A program made the translations under genes and the position numbers. A stretch of DNA of 64,000 nucleotides from Candidatus Bathyarchaeota archaeon. GTDB taxonomy: Archaea > Thermoproteota > Bathyarchaeia > Bathyarchaeales > Bathycorpusculaceae. Below, piece by piece: positions 49,285 to 59,532 of the stretch. The notes beneath the pieces are model-generated. The model saw nothing but the letters and a program-made list of their open reading frames with translations. It was not told the origin of the DNA and ran no database searches. Each line of letters starts with the position of its first letter. Position 1 is the stretch's first letter. The stretch covers positions 2,080,001 to 2,144,000 of the forward strand of contig CAVZJV010000014.1 in assembly GCA_963775685.1 (NCBI GenBank), written 5' to 3'.

Positions 49285-50564
49285 TATTGTACCACACTCA
49301 TTTTTCGTTGAAGAGTAACAGGCAGAACTGCCCAGCCGAAATCGTCTCTTAGTAGGTCTTGCTTGAACTTTTTCACGTTAACTTGCTTCTTTATCAGGTT
49401 GAAGAGAATTCCAGCGCGGTCGATGCAGTTAACCAGGGTCATGCCTACAATTACGTTGTTTTTGAGAACCATTTTCTTGTACACATTATTCTCTTTGTCT
49501 TCTTTAACGAGTACTTCCAGCGTTGGGTCATCTTTGGAGTTTGCTAAGCCGATTGAGACGATGGGTATGCCGAAGTACTTTAGACTACTCATGTTAGTGC
49601 CGCCTTCATAGCTGGTTTTTTTGCCAGCCATATTGTAGCCTGCGACTCTGCCTTCCAAAACCGCCAAAGGCCAAAGCGGCAAAAGTCGATTCTGGTTGAG
49701 GATGAAATCGTAAGCCTCTGCAACATCACCGCTAGCGTAGACATCGGGTAAATTGGTCTGCATCCAATTGTCCACAATTATGCCTCGGTTTAGTTTCACA
49801 GCAGTTCCCGTCACAAGTTCGGTTCTTGGAATAACGCCGATGGCAACGACAACTAGATCACAGATCACTTGGTCACCTTTGGTCAAGATTACCCCTCCAA
49901 CCGCGCTGTCATTTCCGGGTTTACCGATGATTTTTTGCACCGACTGCCCGGTTGCAAAGTTTACGCCTGCTTTTCTGATGACTGCTTCAACGATGTCTGA
50001 TGCTTTGGCATCTAAGAGCAAACTTAGGATTTTTTCTTGAAGTTCAACAACAGTGACTTTTATACCACGTTTAACCAGTGCTTCGGTCACGCTTATGCCG
50101 ATTAAACCTGCCCCGATAACTACTGCGCTCTTGGCTTGTAAGCTGTTGATCTTTGAGGCTAAAGTCTGGGCGTCGTTAAGGCTCGTGAAGGTAAATACGC
50201 CTTCTTTGTCTTGGCCTTCCATTTTAGGAACGAAGGGTTTTCCGCCTGTGGCAAGCAAAAGCTTATCATAAGCTACTTTTTCGCCGTCGTCTAAACTGAC
50301 AGTTTTGTCGGTTAAGTTCAGACTGACTGCTTTTTTGCCTAATCGCATTTCTGCATTAATTTCCTCCCAGAAACTATCAGCTTTACACTTCATTTTTTGG
50401 AGATCTGCTTTGCCGCTGACCAAATCGCTAATCATTGGTCGACTATAATGGGCACATGATTCTTCTGTGATTACTGTTATTGCGCCGGTTGGGTCAACTT
50501 TTCTTATGGCTTCAACTGCGGCTACGCCTGCTGCTGAGGCCCCAACAATCACGTACTTTGCCAT
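49284..50564 (-). CDS. NAD(P)/FAD-dependent pyridine nucleotide oxidoreductase
   Basis: IVGASAAG, LLATG, VIGAG.IG, T..PDVYA.GD. Confidence 0.9.
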   Translation of the reverse strand: MAKYVIVGASAAGVAAVEAIRKVDPTGAITVITEESCAHYSRPMISDLVSGKADLQKMKCKADSFWEEINAEMRLGKKAVSLNLTDKTVSLDDGEKVAYDKLLLATGGKPFVPKMEGQDKEGVFTFTSLNDAQTLASKINSLQAKSAVVIGAGLIGISVTEALVKRGIKVTVVELQEKILSLLLDAKASDIVEAVIRKAGVNFATGQSVQKIIGKPGNDSAVGGVILTKGDQVICDLVVVAIGVIPRTELVTGTAVKLNRGIIVDNWMQTNLPDVYASGDVAEAYDFILNQNRLLPLWPLAVLEGRVAGYNMAGKKTSYEGGTNMSSLKYFGIPIVSIGLANSKDDPTLEVLVKEDKENNVYKKMVLKNNVIVGMTLVNCIDRAGILFNLIKKQVNVKKFKQDLLRDDFGWAVLPVTLQRKMSVVQ

Positions 50565-51008
50565 TTAGGGTCGCACCTCTTTGAATACCAGCGCTTGATT
50601 TGGGCAGTTAGCAACGCATGCTGGCTCTTCTAAGCCTTGGCAAAGGTCACATTTGGTGACGACTTTGCCTTCCTTGTCCATGATTAGAGCACCATATGGG
50701 CAAACCATGACACAGGTCCAGCAGCCAATACATTTGTCTTTGTTGTGTCTAACTTCACCAGTTTTGGGGTCTTTTGTCATAGCTCCAGCTAGGCAGGCAG
50801 TTACGCATGGTGCATCTTCGCAGTGACGACACTGGATGGCAAATGAGATGGGTTTGTTGACTTCGCGTCTGATTCTGCTGATGGGTTTGGGGTGTTCGCT
50901 GTTGTAGGCTTTAACTATGTCTTTTGTTTTAGAATGAGCTGTTGTGCAGTAGACTTCACACAGTCCACATCCCATGCATGCTTCTTGTTTTGCGATTATT
51001 TTCTTCAT
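50565..51008 (-). CDS. 4x[4Fe-4S] ferredoxin-like protein (CooF/HydN type)
   Basis: CMGCGLCEVYC, CRHCEDAPCVTAC, CIGCWTCVMVCP, KCDLC...PACVANCP. Confidence 0.92.
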   Translation of the reverse strand: MKKIIAKQEACMGCGLCEVYCTTAHSKTKDIVKAYNSEHPKPISRIRREVNKPISFAIQCRHCEDAPCVTACLAGAMTKDPKTGEVRHNKDKCIGCWTCVMVCPYGALIMDKEGKVVTKCDLCQGLEEPACVANCPNQALVFKEVRP

Positions 51009-51278
51009 TCTTAAACATCTCTATTTTTTGTTAGCGGGGGCAAGTGAGCATTAACAAATGGAGGTCAGTGTCGTTTGTGCAAAGAACGCCTTTGCTGGTT
51101 GTCAATTGATTATTATTTATTATTATTATTTTACATATGTTTGATGGCATTTTATTGCCCTCTTTTTGGGAGATAGCCCACCAAATAACATGTATTCTAT
51201 ATAACTTTGTTGAAAATCATTTATATGTACCTTAAGGAAATATGTAATCTAAATGAAACATTTACCACGGTGAATGGT

Positions 51279-52382
51279 TTGGCAGAAAAAGACCTCGGGT
51301 ATAGACGAGTTCAGTGCACAGGCAGAGGCTCCTTCATAATCTCTCTCCCTAAAGAATGGGTAGAAGACCTAGGTCTAAAACGTGGAAGCGAAATCGCCTT
51401 CAATGTTCAACCCGACTCCACCTTAACCCTTGTTCCAAGAAAAATCATGGAAAAAGAAGGCAGAGAAGACGGCAACAAACCCAAAGAATACTATATAAAC
51501 ATAGACCCAAAGGAACCCCCACAGTCAACCATCCGCATGATCCGAGCATTGTATGCCATAGGCGCAGACATCATCAGAATTCACTTCAAAAATACCCCCG
51601 ATGCCACAAAAAATAAAAACGAGATAAAAAACCTTGCCCGTGATCACTTTTTGGGCTCAGAAATAATCGAAGAAACAGCTGACGAAATCACTCTTCAAAT
51701 TCTAATCAAACACTCAGAGTTTCCAATCGAAAAGGCTGTCCGAAGAATGGCCATCGTCGCTCTCGCCGCAAACAGAGACGCTATTGCCACCCTAAAAGAC
51801 ATTAGCAACACCCTATTTGACAGTGTCATAAGTGCTCACAACGACGTAAACCGCCTCGGACTCTACATTGTTCGCCAGTTGAAACATGGTATAGAACGCA
51901 ACCTCTACCGTGAACTCGGCTTTAAGACACCCAAGGAATTTCTTCTCTACCGGATAGCCGTAAACGACATAGAAAGCATAGCGCAAAACGCTATGAACAT
52001 CATAAACAACCTCAGTACCCTCCAAAAACTAATCGACAACGAGACTCTGTTTATGAAAGAGGCCGTGGACGAGGAAATATACAATCAACTTGTCTATTTC
52101 AGTTCGCAGGCTCATGAACTCTACGACGACGCTATAAAGGCGCTCTTCAAACGAGACTATAAAGACGCTGAGAAACTAATCTCTAAACGTGAAGCCCTAA
52201 TTCCACTGGAAAACGAGCTTATTATGTTGATGTCAAGCAAAAAAATCGACCCTAACATAGCTTCAGTTCTGCGTCTGATCTTTGAAAGCTCCCGACGCGT
52301 TATGGATTACAGCCGAAATATGGCAGAACTGACACTTAACCGCACCGTAGAAGAGCAATGCTCTATGCTCACAACCAAATAA
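51279..52382 (+). CDS. AbrB-N / PhoU-domain regulator (archaeal phosphate-uptake-regulator family)
   Basis: RRVQ.TG.GS..ISLPKEW....GL..G AbrB domain followed by PhoU-like helical repeats; GGTGA SD before TTG 51279. Confidence 0.88.
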   Translation: MAEKDLGYRRVQCTGRGSFIISLPKEWVEDLGLKRGSEIAFNVQPDSTLTLVPRKIMEKEGREDGNKPKEYYINIDPKEPPQSTIRMIRALYAIGADIIRIHFKNTPDATKNKNEIKNLARDHFLGSEIIEETADEITLQILIKHSEFPIEKAVRRMAIVALAANRDAIATLKDISNTLFDSVISAHNDVNRLGLYIVRQLKHGIERNLYRELGFKTPKEFLLYRIAVNDIESIAQNAMNIINNLSTLQKLIDNETLFMKEAVDEEIYNQLVYFSSQAHELYDDAIKALFKRDYKDAEKLISKREALIPLENELIMLMSSKKIDPNIASVLRLIFESSRRVMDYSRNMAELTLNRTVEEQCSMLTTK

Positions 52383-52407
52383 TGCTTTTTTCAAAAAAAT
52401 AGGTGAT

Positions 52408-52516
52408 TGGTGCTCCGGCCGGGATTTGGACCCGGGTCCGCGACTCGAGAGGCCGCTATACATAGTCCCCTAATAAGACAACTTAGTAAGGTTTGACCGG
52501 ACTATACTACCGGAGC
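52408..52516 (-). tRNA. tRNA-Glu(CTC) with 31-nt non-canonical D-loop intron (52462-52492) and encoded CCA
   Basis: Acceptor GCTCCGG/CCGGAGC-A-CCA; anticodon arm GCGGC-CTCTCGA-GTCGC; T arm CCGGG-TCCAAAT-CCCGG; intron removal gives a 78-nt cloverleaf. Confidence 0.9.
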
Positions 52517-52600
52517 TCGAAAGATGTTTCTCTCTTATAAATAAATACATTGTGTACTTTGCAAACCAAAAACGGGGGCTTCACATATTAACGTCTATGG

Positions 52601-53554
52601 TTAATGAGGGGTTATTGGTTCTGCGGGGTTTTGGGTTTTAGATGATTTTAGAAGTTTGCGGGACATGTAGAATGCGATGCCGATCACGAGGAAGGTTACG
52701 ACTATAGGCACGTAAGAGGGCAAATTTATATGAAAACTTTCAATAAGCATAAACAACCCGAGGAATCCTATCGAAGTCAAAGCGCCATTCTTTAGATACT
52801 TGTACTTGGCGATTGCATCTATCCCTTTAATGGTTAATTCCCTAACGACTATAGCGCCGATTCCGATTCCAACTAATATGAGCAGAAGGTTTATGGTGAA
52901 GGCAAAGGCACCTATGACGCCGTCAAAACTGAAGGTTGTATCGAGTACTTCAAGGTAAACAAACTTTGAAAGGTCACTAAGTTCGCTTTTCCCTGAAGCC
53001 ATGTTCCGCTCGCTTTCTTCAGCGGTTTGTCTGAGACCGTACACTATAAAGAAAGTTGCGCTTCCTATAGCTGCTGCAAGCATTACCAAAGGGTTTGAGC
53101 GTGCTAAATACATAACAACTACAAGAAAGATGGCGACGAAAGCGAAGAACCAGACACCGTGTTTCTCCTTTAGGAACCTTTCAATGTAAAGAGGCTCTTT
53201 TTTTTCGAGAAATAACCAATGAAAGTATAGAAATAAGAGGAAAACCCCTCCGAACATGAGAATCAAAGGTTTCTGGAGTTCAATAGCTTGCGCGGCGACG
53301 TCGCTCCTTCCTAAGAAAGCCAGAAAAAGGTCAGGCGCGCTTAGGGTGGGAACAGAAATCCAAACTATAATTAGTGGCAATAGGAACCTTACCAAAAAAA
53401 CTGAGGTTATGATGCCAATCAAAAGGAATCTTTTGCGCCATAACACGCTCATTGTTTTTAATACGCTGGCGTTGACAATGGCGTTATCTACGCTGTTGAC
53501 GACTTCGAAGACCACCAAGCCCAGTACTATTGCCACTGACTCTGCTAATGACAA
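52601..53554 (-). CDS. DUF475 / TerC-like integral membrane protein
   Basis: FE...S.DNA.VNA..L..M...W...FL..GI, YLEVLD..FSFDGVIGAFA. Confidence 0.88.
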   Translation of the reverse strand: MSLAESVAIVLGLVVFEVVNSVDNAIVNASVLKTMSVLWRKRFLLIGIITSVFLVRFLLPLIIVWISVPTLSAPDLFLAFLGRSDVAAQAIELQKPLILMFGGVFLLFLYFHWLFLEKKEPLYIERFLKEKHGVWFFAFVAIFLVVVMYLARSNPLVMLAAAIGSATFFIVYGLRQTAEESERNMASGKSELSDLSKFVYLEVLDTTFSFDGVIGAFAFTINLLLILVGIGIGAIVVRELTIKGIDAIAKYKYLKNGALTSIGFLGLFMLIESFHINLPSYVPIVVTFLVIGIAFYMSRKLLKSSKTQNPAEPITPH

Positions 53555-53683
53555 TTATAGAGCACGTCCAATCTTATGGTATCCCGTATAAAATCAAGTG
53601 TCTTATAAACAAACGCTTGCTTAAAGCAGCAAAAAACCAAATAACAATAAGGAAAGATTACAAAAAAGAAAAAATAGAGGAGC

Positions 53684-55333
53684 TTATTCCTCACCCATGC
53701 CGCCCGGCATTCCGCCTGGACCACCCGGACCGCCTTTTGGCGATTTGGATGTGATGACATCGTCTATTCTTAGTATCATGGCTGCTGACTCGGCTGCAGA
53801 TTTGATGGCTTGCTCTTTGACTACTATTGGTTCGATTACGCCGTTTTCGATGCTGTTTTGGAGTTTGCCTGTAAATACGTTGATTCCCATGTATTTTCCG
53901 TTGTCTTTATCGTGTACTTGTCGTAGTTCAACGAGTATGTCGATTGGCTCTAAGCCCGCGTTCTCTGCAAGTGTGCGTGGGATGACTTCAACTGCGTCTG
54001 CGAAGGCTTCAACTGCAAGTTGCTCGCGTCCACCGACTTTAGTTGCGTACTTGCGTAGTTCTTTGGCGATTTCGATTTCAACTGCGCCACCGCCTGCTAC
54101 GATTCTGTTGTTTTCTAAGACGTCTGAGACGACTGAGAGTGAATCGATCATGGCTCTTTCTGCTTCGTCAACCATTCGTTCTAAGCCTGCGCGGATAAGA
54201 ATTGCCACTGAGTGTGCATCTTTGCATTTCTCGACGAAAATCATCTTATCATCGCCGATCTTGCGTTCTTCAACGTGACCTGCCAATCCGAGGTCTGCTT
54301 TCTTGAGGTCATCAAGGTCGCTGACTATTCTTCCGCCTGTGGCTCTAGCGAGTTTCTCCATGTCGGATTCTTTAACGCGTCTTGCTGCCATTATGCCTGC
54401 TTTAGATAGAAAGTGTTGGACCATGTCGTCGATGCCTTTTTGGCAGAAGATTACGTCTGCGCCTGAGGCTTTGACTTTTGTAACCATGTCTTGCATCATG
54501 TCGGTTTCCTGATCTAGAAATGCTTTCATCTGTGAAGGGTCTTTGATGCGAATTTCAGCAGTGATTTCAGTTTTTTCGATTTCTAAAGCTGCATCTAAGA
54601 GAGCAATCTTGGCGTTTTCTTTCATTTTTGGCATCCCAGGGTTGACGACTTCTTTGTCTATTATTATGCCTTGGATTAATTGGGTTTCAAGGAGGCTTTT
54701 GCCTGTTTTCTTGATTAGTTGGATGTTGTCTATGTCAGCGATTGTTTTGTCTCCGCGTTTTTCAGCGATTTGTGACACTGCATCGATAGATATTTCTGCT
54801 AAGTGTTCTTTCGCTGAACCTAGTGATTTGCTGCTCATGGAAGTTAAGGCGACTTTGAGGAGTGTCTTACGGTCGTTAACGTCTAGTGGAACCGCCATTT
54901 TTCCAATGGCTTCGATTGCTTTCACTGATGCTTTTCGGTAACCGCTTACCAGAATTGTTGGGTGAATGTTTTGGTCGAGGAGTTCTTCGGCTTTTCTGAG
55001 TAATTCGCTTGCGAGAACGACTGCGGATGTGGTTCCATCGCCTACCATATCATCTTGGGTTTTGGCGATTTCAACCATCATTTTTGCTGCGGGGTGTTCT
55101 ACGTCGATTTCTTTGAGGATTGCTGCGCCGTCATTTGTTATGGTTATATCGCCTAGGCTGTCGATGAGCATTTTATCCATGCCTCGTGGTCCCAGCGTTG
55201 TTTTTAGAACTTCGCCGATTACTCGTGCGGCCATGATGTTGTTTCTTTGGGCTTCTTTGCCTCTGCTTCTTGTTGTTCCTTCTTTAAGGATAAGGACTGG
55301 TTGTCCTGAACCTGTTGTTGTTAAATACGCCAT
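53684..55333 (-). CDS. ths: thermosome (group II chaperonin) subunit, second paralogue
   Basis: [40 protein letters not shown] tail. Confidence 0.98.
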   Translation of the reverse strand: MAYLTTTGSGQPVLILKEGTTRSRGKEAQRNNIMAARVIGEVLKTTLGPRGMDKMLIDSLGDITITNDGAAILKEIDVEHPAAKMMVEIAKTQDDMVGDGTTSAVVLASELLRKAEELLDQNIHPTILVSGYRKASVKAIEAIGKMAVPLDVNDRKTLLKVALTSMSSKSLGSAKEHLAEISIDAVSQIAEKRGDKTIADIDNIQLIKKTGKSLLETQLIQGIIIDKEVVNPGMPKMKENAKIALLDAALEIEKTEITAEIRIKDPSQMKAFLDQETDMMQDMVTKVKASGADVIFCQKGIDDMVQHFLSKAGIMAARRVKESDMEKLARATGGRIVSDLDDLKKADLGLAGHVEERKIGDDKMIFVEKCKDAHSVAILIRAGLERMVDEAERAMIDSLSVVSDVLENNRIVAGGGAVEIEIAKELRKYATKVGGREQLAVEAFADAVEVIPRTLAENAGLEPIDILVELRQVHDKDNGKYMGINVFTGKLQNSIENGVIEPIVVKEQAIKSAAESAAMILRIDDVITSKSPKGGPGGPGGMPGGMGEE

Positions 55334-55688
55334 ATTATCATTCCTACTTGTCGTAGAATCTTGTTTTATTTCGGATTATTGCAAAAATCAAACGTGCATA
55401 TAAACTTTAAGGCTTAGCGACGTATTTGCTGGTTTGTTTTGCTTTAGAAACAAGGAATTTGGCTGCTTAAGGGTTTTTTCTTTGGATCTGTATGGTCTTC
55501 ACTCTATTTTACAACTTTCGGATGCTTTTTTTCTTTAGGAGTTGTGGAAGAAAACTTGCTATAGTATCACTACAACCAACCGGAAAAGGAGCTTTTGCAG
55601 TTTCCGTTTCTGCATCAGATTTGGCGTACAAGGGGGGTGTGCACAGTAGCCTCAAGCAATCGCCGCACTTGTTAAATCAATGGTTACT

Positions 55689-56285
55689 TTAATTGTGGCG
55701 TTTTTTGAAATAAACAACTAAACCCACAACAACCACGCCTGCGGTCGCTGCTAAAACTGCGGCTGTTGCGGTTGGAAGAGGCTCAAGCATGGCCACACCA
55801 AAGGTAAATGAAGAAGTACCCATGTCACCAAACGTGTCGTAGCGTAACCATAATGCTGTGCAATCCGTCGGTAAAACTAACGATGATGCCCTTGCCAGTT
55901 AGGTTAGGTTTTGTTTTCCTTCCACGGTGTAAGTCTGTCAATTTACAGCATTATCAACGGTGAAAACTAAGGTACATCGCAGATGCGTGGTATGTCTGGG
56001 TCAGAGGTGACAGGATGGATATTTTTGGTGGGATAATCTGAACTGCATAAAAAGTGCTGTTGAAGGGCTTAATGAGTGAATCCCTGTCTTTATTCTACAG
56101 GTCTATACCTTAGAGAGGTTGAATATTCCTGATTTGCTCCTAACATCAACGTTGGGATATTTGTACATGTAATCCCCAATAGTTTCCACTATTAGGAAAA
56201 CTATAATCCCATATGTTAACAGAATTTGAGACCACGGCCGTGCAGTGCTGTTAATGAAATTATTATGGAAAATCGTGTTGAGACA
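55689..56285 (-). pseudogene. eroded cell-surface protein (NosD/beta-helix + Ig-like + C-terminal TM anchor)
   Basis: Fragments NTIFHNNFIN, NIWDY..P.SGNYW, YPN....SGI, PPKISILSP, DVPLVFTV, DG.HSI.V, EPLPT + TM + VYFKKRHN* across several frameshifts and stops. Confidence 0.75.
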
Positions 56286-56437
56286 CTTCTATGGGCTGTA
56301 TTGGTGGTTTTCAATAAACTAAAATGTTATCCTGCAATATTCTGTGCCTGCAGAGCAACAAAAAAATAATCTGTCTATTAGAGTATTTTTACCATCGATT
56401 TTTAATATCAACATTGCAAAATAAGTCACCAGGTATC

Positions 56438-56923
56438 ATGTTGGAAGCGCCCCAAAAGAAAAAACCCAACCAAGTCTATGTAATTGCAATAGCCGCTGTG
56501 TTGACTGTGGCAGCTTTAAGTCTTTCCCTGTACGTCCTAACTTCCCCTGCTCCAATGGGTCCTGGTCAAGTCCAAATTGAAATCACAACCGACAAGCCCA
56601 CGTACATTCAAGGCGAACAAATTCACTTCTCAATCTATGTCAATAACACCTAAAAATGGAACGTTCCTCAACCATTCACTATCACCTTCCAAATAGGGAA
56701 TTACTCCTGCGAAACAATATGCATCGATTATGCATATCCTAACATAGCCTTCGCAGCACACACACGAACCCTCTTTGTCAATCACCAATGGAACCAGCAG
56801 ACAGGAACAGACAGCCAGACGTTTGTGGACCCGGGTTTCTACACACTCACCGTTACCTTGAGCGGACCAGTTGACTACGGCAACCCAGCCGCGTACACTT
56901 TTGAGATAAAACCATGCACCTAA
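56438..56923 (+). pseudogene. membrane-anchored Ig-like protein interrupted by in-frame TAA (56651-56653)
   Basis: TM + TDKPTY.QGE.I.F...VNN*; the same frame continues for 89 codons ...WNQ.....V.PG.YTLTV...FEI to a stop at 56923. Confidence 0.7.
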
Positions 56924-57005
56924 AGGTAATTCTAGGCACTAAATTTGGAGCACAAACAAAAGCAAAATTAACTTCCCACCACACTCCATTCCTCGGGACA
57001 CTCTC

Positions 57006-57533
57006 ATGATTGAAGGCTTCAACCTTATAGCAACCACCGCCCGCGGAAACGAACGCCCAATGATAAACGAAATCCTGTTCTTACTCAAGGATGAGTTAGG
57101 TGACGCCCAGGCACAGGCAACTAAAACCAAAATCCGCGGCTTAGTAGTTGCCAAAACCACGCTTGACCCATGCATAGTTATAGAGAAATTCCGTGCAATC
57201 CTAACTGAACGCCCATACGAATTCCGTTACGCCCTGAGAATTTTGCCAATCCAAAAGGTTGTGTCCACCGAATTGGAGGAAATAAAAAAAGCCGCGGCGG
57301 AAGTAGCCACAAAAATCGGCGAAAACGAAACCTTCAGGGTTACAGTCGAAAAACGTTTCACTTCTCTTCATACAAAAGACCTTATAGAGGCTGGAGCAGG
57401 AGACCTCAAACAAAAAGCAGACCTCGAAAACCCAGACAAAATCTTGCTTATAGAGGTTCTGGGGGCACTAACAGGTTTGTCTTTGCTAAAGCCCTTTGAG
57501 ATTATGGCTGTTGTTAAAGAAAAAATGCTTTAA
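57006..57533 (+). CDS. stand-alone THUMP domain RNA-binding protein
   Basis: FNLI.TT.RG.E, R..PI, TFR..VEKR, DL..PD....IE. Confidence 0.88.
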   Translation: MIEGFNLIATTARGNERPMINEILFLLKDELGDAQAQATKTKIRGLVVAKTTLDPCIVIEKFRAILTERPYEFRYALRILPIQKVVSTELEEIKKAAAEVATKIGENETFRVTVEKRFTSLHTKDLIEAGAGDLKQKADLENPDKILLIEVLGALTGLSLLKPFEIMAVVKEKML

Positions 57534-57534
57534 C

Positions 57535-58098
57535 CTAATATTGCGTCGCTAATAGCGCGACTTGCTCAATAACTAAGTCTGTAATTGCTTTGTTTGGGCT
57601 GCCGTTTTTTACAAGTTTTAATTCTTGGTCTGTAATTTCGAAGGCCTTTCTGATTTTAGCCTCTTTGATCTTTGTTAAGTTAAGGACTGCCTTATCTGGT
57701 TTGCCGTCAACGCATTCAGTTATGGCTTTAAGAGTTTCTTTTATTTTGTTTGGGTCGTCACTGATGATTGCGACCGCCATAGTTGTTGTTTGGGGTTTTA
57801 TTCCGGAGCGGTCAATGGCTTTCTGGATTTGACATTGAGCCGAAGCGTACAGCATTGTTTCCATGGCTGGGCTCTTTGAATAGTTGGTTTTGCTCTTGAA
57901 AGCTTGCAGGGCATTTAGGACGGCAAAGTATAGGTGTTCATGGGTGGAGATTAGTTGGGCGTCGAAGAACTGGACATTGAGGTTTTGATGGGTTTGTTTA
58001 CGGTTAGCCTTCAAGAATGCCTCTGCCTTATCAAATGTTACATTTCGGTACCCAGTAATTTCAACGTATTGTCCAAATTCTTTCATATACTGCGGCAT
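57535..58098 (-). CDS. cgi121: KEOPS complex subunit Cgi121
   Basis: Q.F.A..I....HL..A...A..A, E..LYAS...QI..AI...G, E..ALL. Confidence 0.88.
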   Translation of the reverse strand: MPQYMKEFGQYVEITGYRNVTFDKAEAFLKANRKQTHQNLNVQFFDAQLISTHEHLYFAVLNALQAFKSKTNYSKSPAMETMLYASAQCQIQKAIDRSGIKPQTTTMAVAIISDDPNKIKETLKAITECVDGKPDKAVLNLTKIKEAKIRKAFEITDQELKLVKNGSPNKAITDLVIEQVALLATQY

Positions 58099-58110
58099 GC
58101 GAAGGCTCCT

Positions 58111-58695
58111 TTACTGCATGTTTTTTAGGAGTTTTTCAGTTAAATGGTTGGGCAAGCCTGCTTTTACGAGTTTTGCAACTTCGTGGTTCAATGCGCGTTT
58201 GCCCTCTCGTTTTTGGATTATTTTTCTTAGTGTTTCTTTTGTGTCCCAAGGGAAAACTACCCAACTATTTGTTTGTTTTTCGAAAAAGTCTGGGGCTGTT
58301 GTGGATTGGGGTTTTTGGTATAGGGTGGCTGTTTTGATTTCGAGTGCACCAAGGGTTTTAAGGTGGGTTTGAGCGAGTTTTAAACTCTCTCCAGTGTCGG
58401 CGATGTCGTCAACTAATAGCGCTTTTTTGCCTGTTACTGGTAGGGTCATGTTCTGTTTTATTGTGGGTTGTTGACTTGTTTGGTTGATGCCGGTGTAGAA
58501 CTTGATTTGGATAAACCCAAGTTCTTTGGTTTCCAGCAAATCTGTTAGAATGCGTGCAGGCACTAACCCGCCTCGTGCGATGCTTACGATGACATCGGGT
58601 TTGAAGTTGTGGATTTGGATCGTTTGGGCTTGGCAAAGAAGCATGTCGTAGATATGACTCCAAGTTGGAACTTCATAGTCGATGTTGGCAGCCAA
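58111..58695 (-). CDS. purine phosphoribosyltransferase (type I PRTase)
   Basis: IARGGLVPA, LLVDDIADTGESL PRPP loop, W.VFPW. Confidence 0.92.
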   Translation of the reverse strand: MAANIDYEVPTWSHIYDMLLCQAQTIQIHNFKPDVIVSIARGGLVPARILTDLLETKELGFIQIKFYTGINQTSQQPTIKQNMTLPVTGKKALLVDDIADTGESLKLAQTHLKTLGALEIKTATLYQKPQSTTAPDFFEKQTNSWVVFPWDTKETLRKIIQKREGKRALNHEVAKLVKAGLPNHLTEKLLKNMQ

Positions 58696-59018
58696 AAGGT
58701 TTTCCTTCTTTGAATAGAAACTAGTTTTTTGGTTCTGTTAAGCCTTTCGATATAGCAAATTTGCCATGCAACTTAATTCAGATCTATTTTTTGGTATTTA
58801 GCTATTTGGTAGTTTTTTGTGCATGTGGTTTCATTTTTATGTTGCATTTTGTTGGAGGATGATTTGTTTTTGCTTGCTTGATTGCATGTTTATTAAGGTG
58901 TTTTTGCAATTGATTTTATTCGAGAGATAAGCGTCTGCAGATATGTGTCGCGTTTCGTAATATAGTTTAAATGTCTTGACGTCTTTTCCAATACTAACAA
59001 TGAAAGGAGATTTAAAAA

Positions 59019-59354
59019 ATGGTGAAGAATGTGGAAGAAGAGAAGATAAAGCGCATACTTACCGGGCCCAAGCTGGCTGCCATGAAATCAATGCTTGAAA
59101 AAGACCATGCTATCGACTGCTTGCTTCTGCTCCATGTCGGCCGCGGCAAATGGAAGGATGCAAAAGACTTCATGAAAGACAACAACTTAACCCTTAGCGA
59201 CGGAACCTTTAGGGCTAGAATGATTGAGATTGAATCCCTTGGGTTGGCTAAGAGTGAACGGATTGACCCACTCAAGAAGTACTATGTTAAGACTGAGCTT
59301 GGGGAAAAAGTAGCGCAGCTTCTTCTCGGTTTCTTTGACGAGCTTGGAGCTTAA
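59019..59354 (+). CDS. winged helix-turn-helix protein (HxlR/MarR-like)
   Basis: LSDGTFRARMIEIESLGL recognition helix and KYY..TELGEKV wing; GGAGA SD. Confidence 0.75.
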   Translation: MVKNVEEEKIKRILTGPKLAAMKSMLEKDHAIDCLLLLHVGRGKWKDAKDFMKDNNLTLSDGTFRARMIEIESLGLAKSERIDPLKKYYVKTELGEKVAQLLLGFFDELGA

Positions 59355-59384
59355 TTGGTTTTTTTAGCTTGGATGGCTTGGTGC

Positions 59385-59428
59385 CTTTTTTTTCTTTTTC
59401 TTTTGATTTTTATTTTTGGTCTTTATTT
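59385..59428 (+). terminator. long oligo-T terminator after wHTH gene
   Basis: About 40-nt T-rich tract. Confidence 0.5.
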
Positions 59429-59532
59429 GTGGGTCTGTTCTACAGATCTTTGGTAGTGTGTAGTAAGACGTAATATTTAAAAGGCTGGATTTGTCGATAA
59501 GTAATACAAACCTACAAAAAGGTAAAAGAAAA

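Noticed and set aside
52383-52600. tRNA-Glu as integration site of a mobile element
   Set aside because: No integrase and no duplicated tRNA 3' end seen in the window
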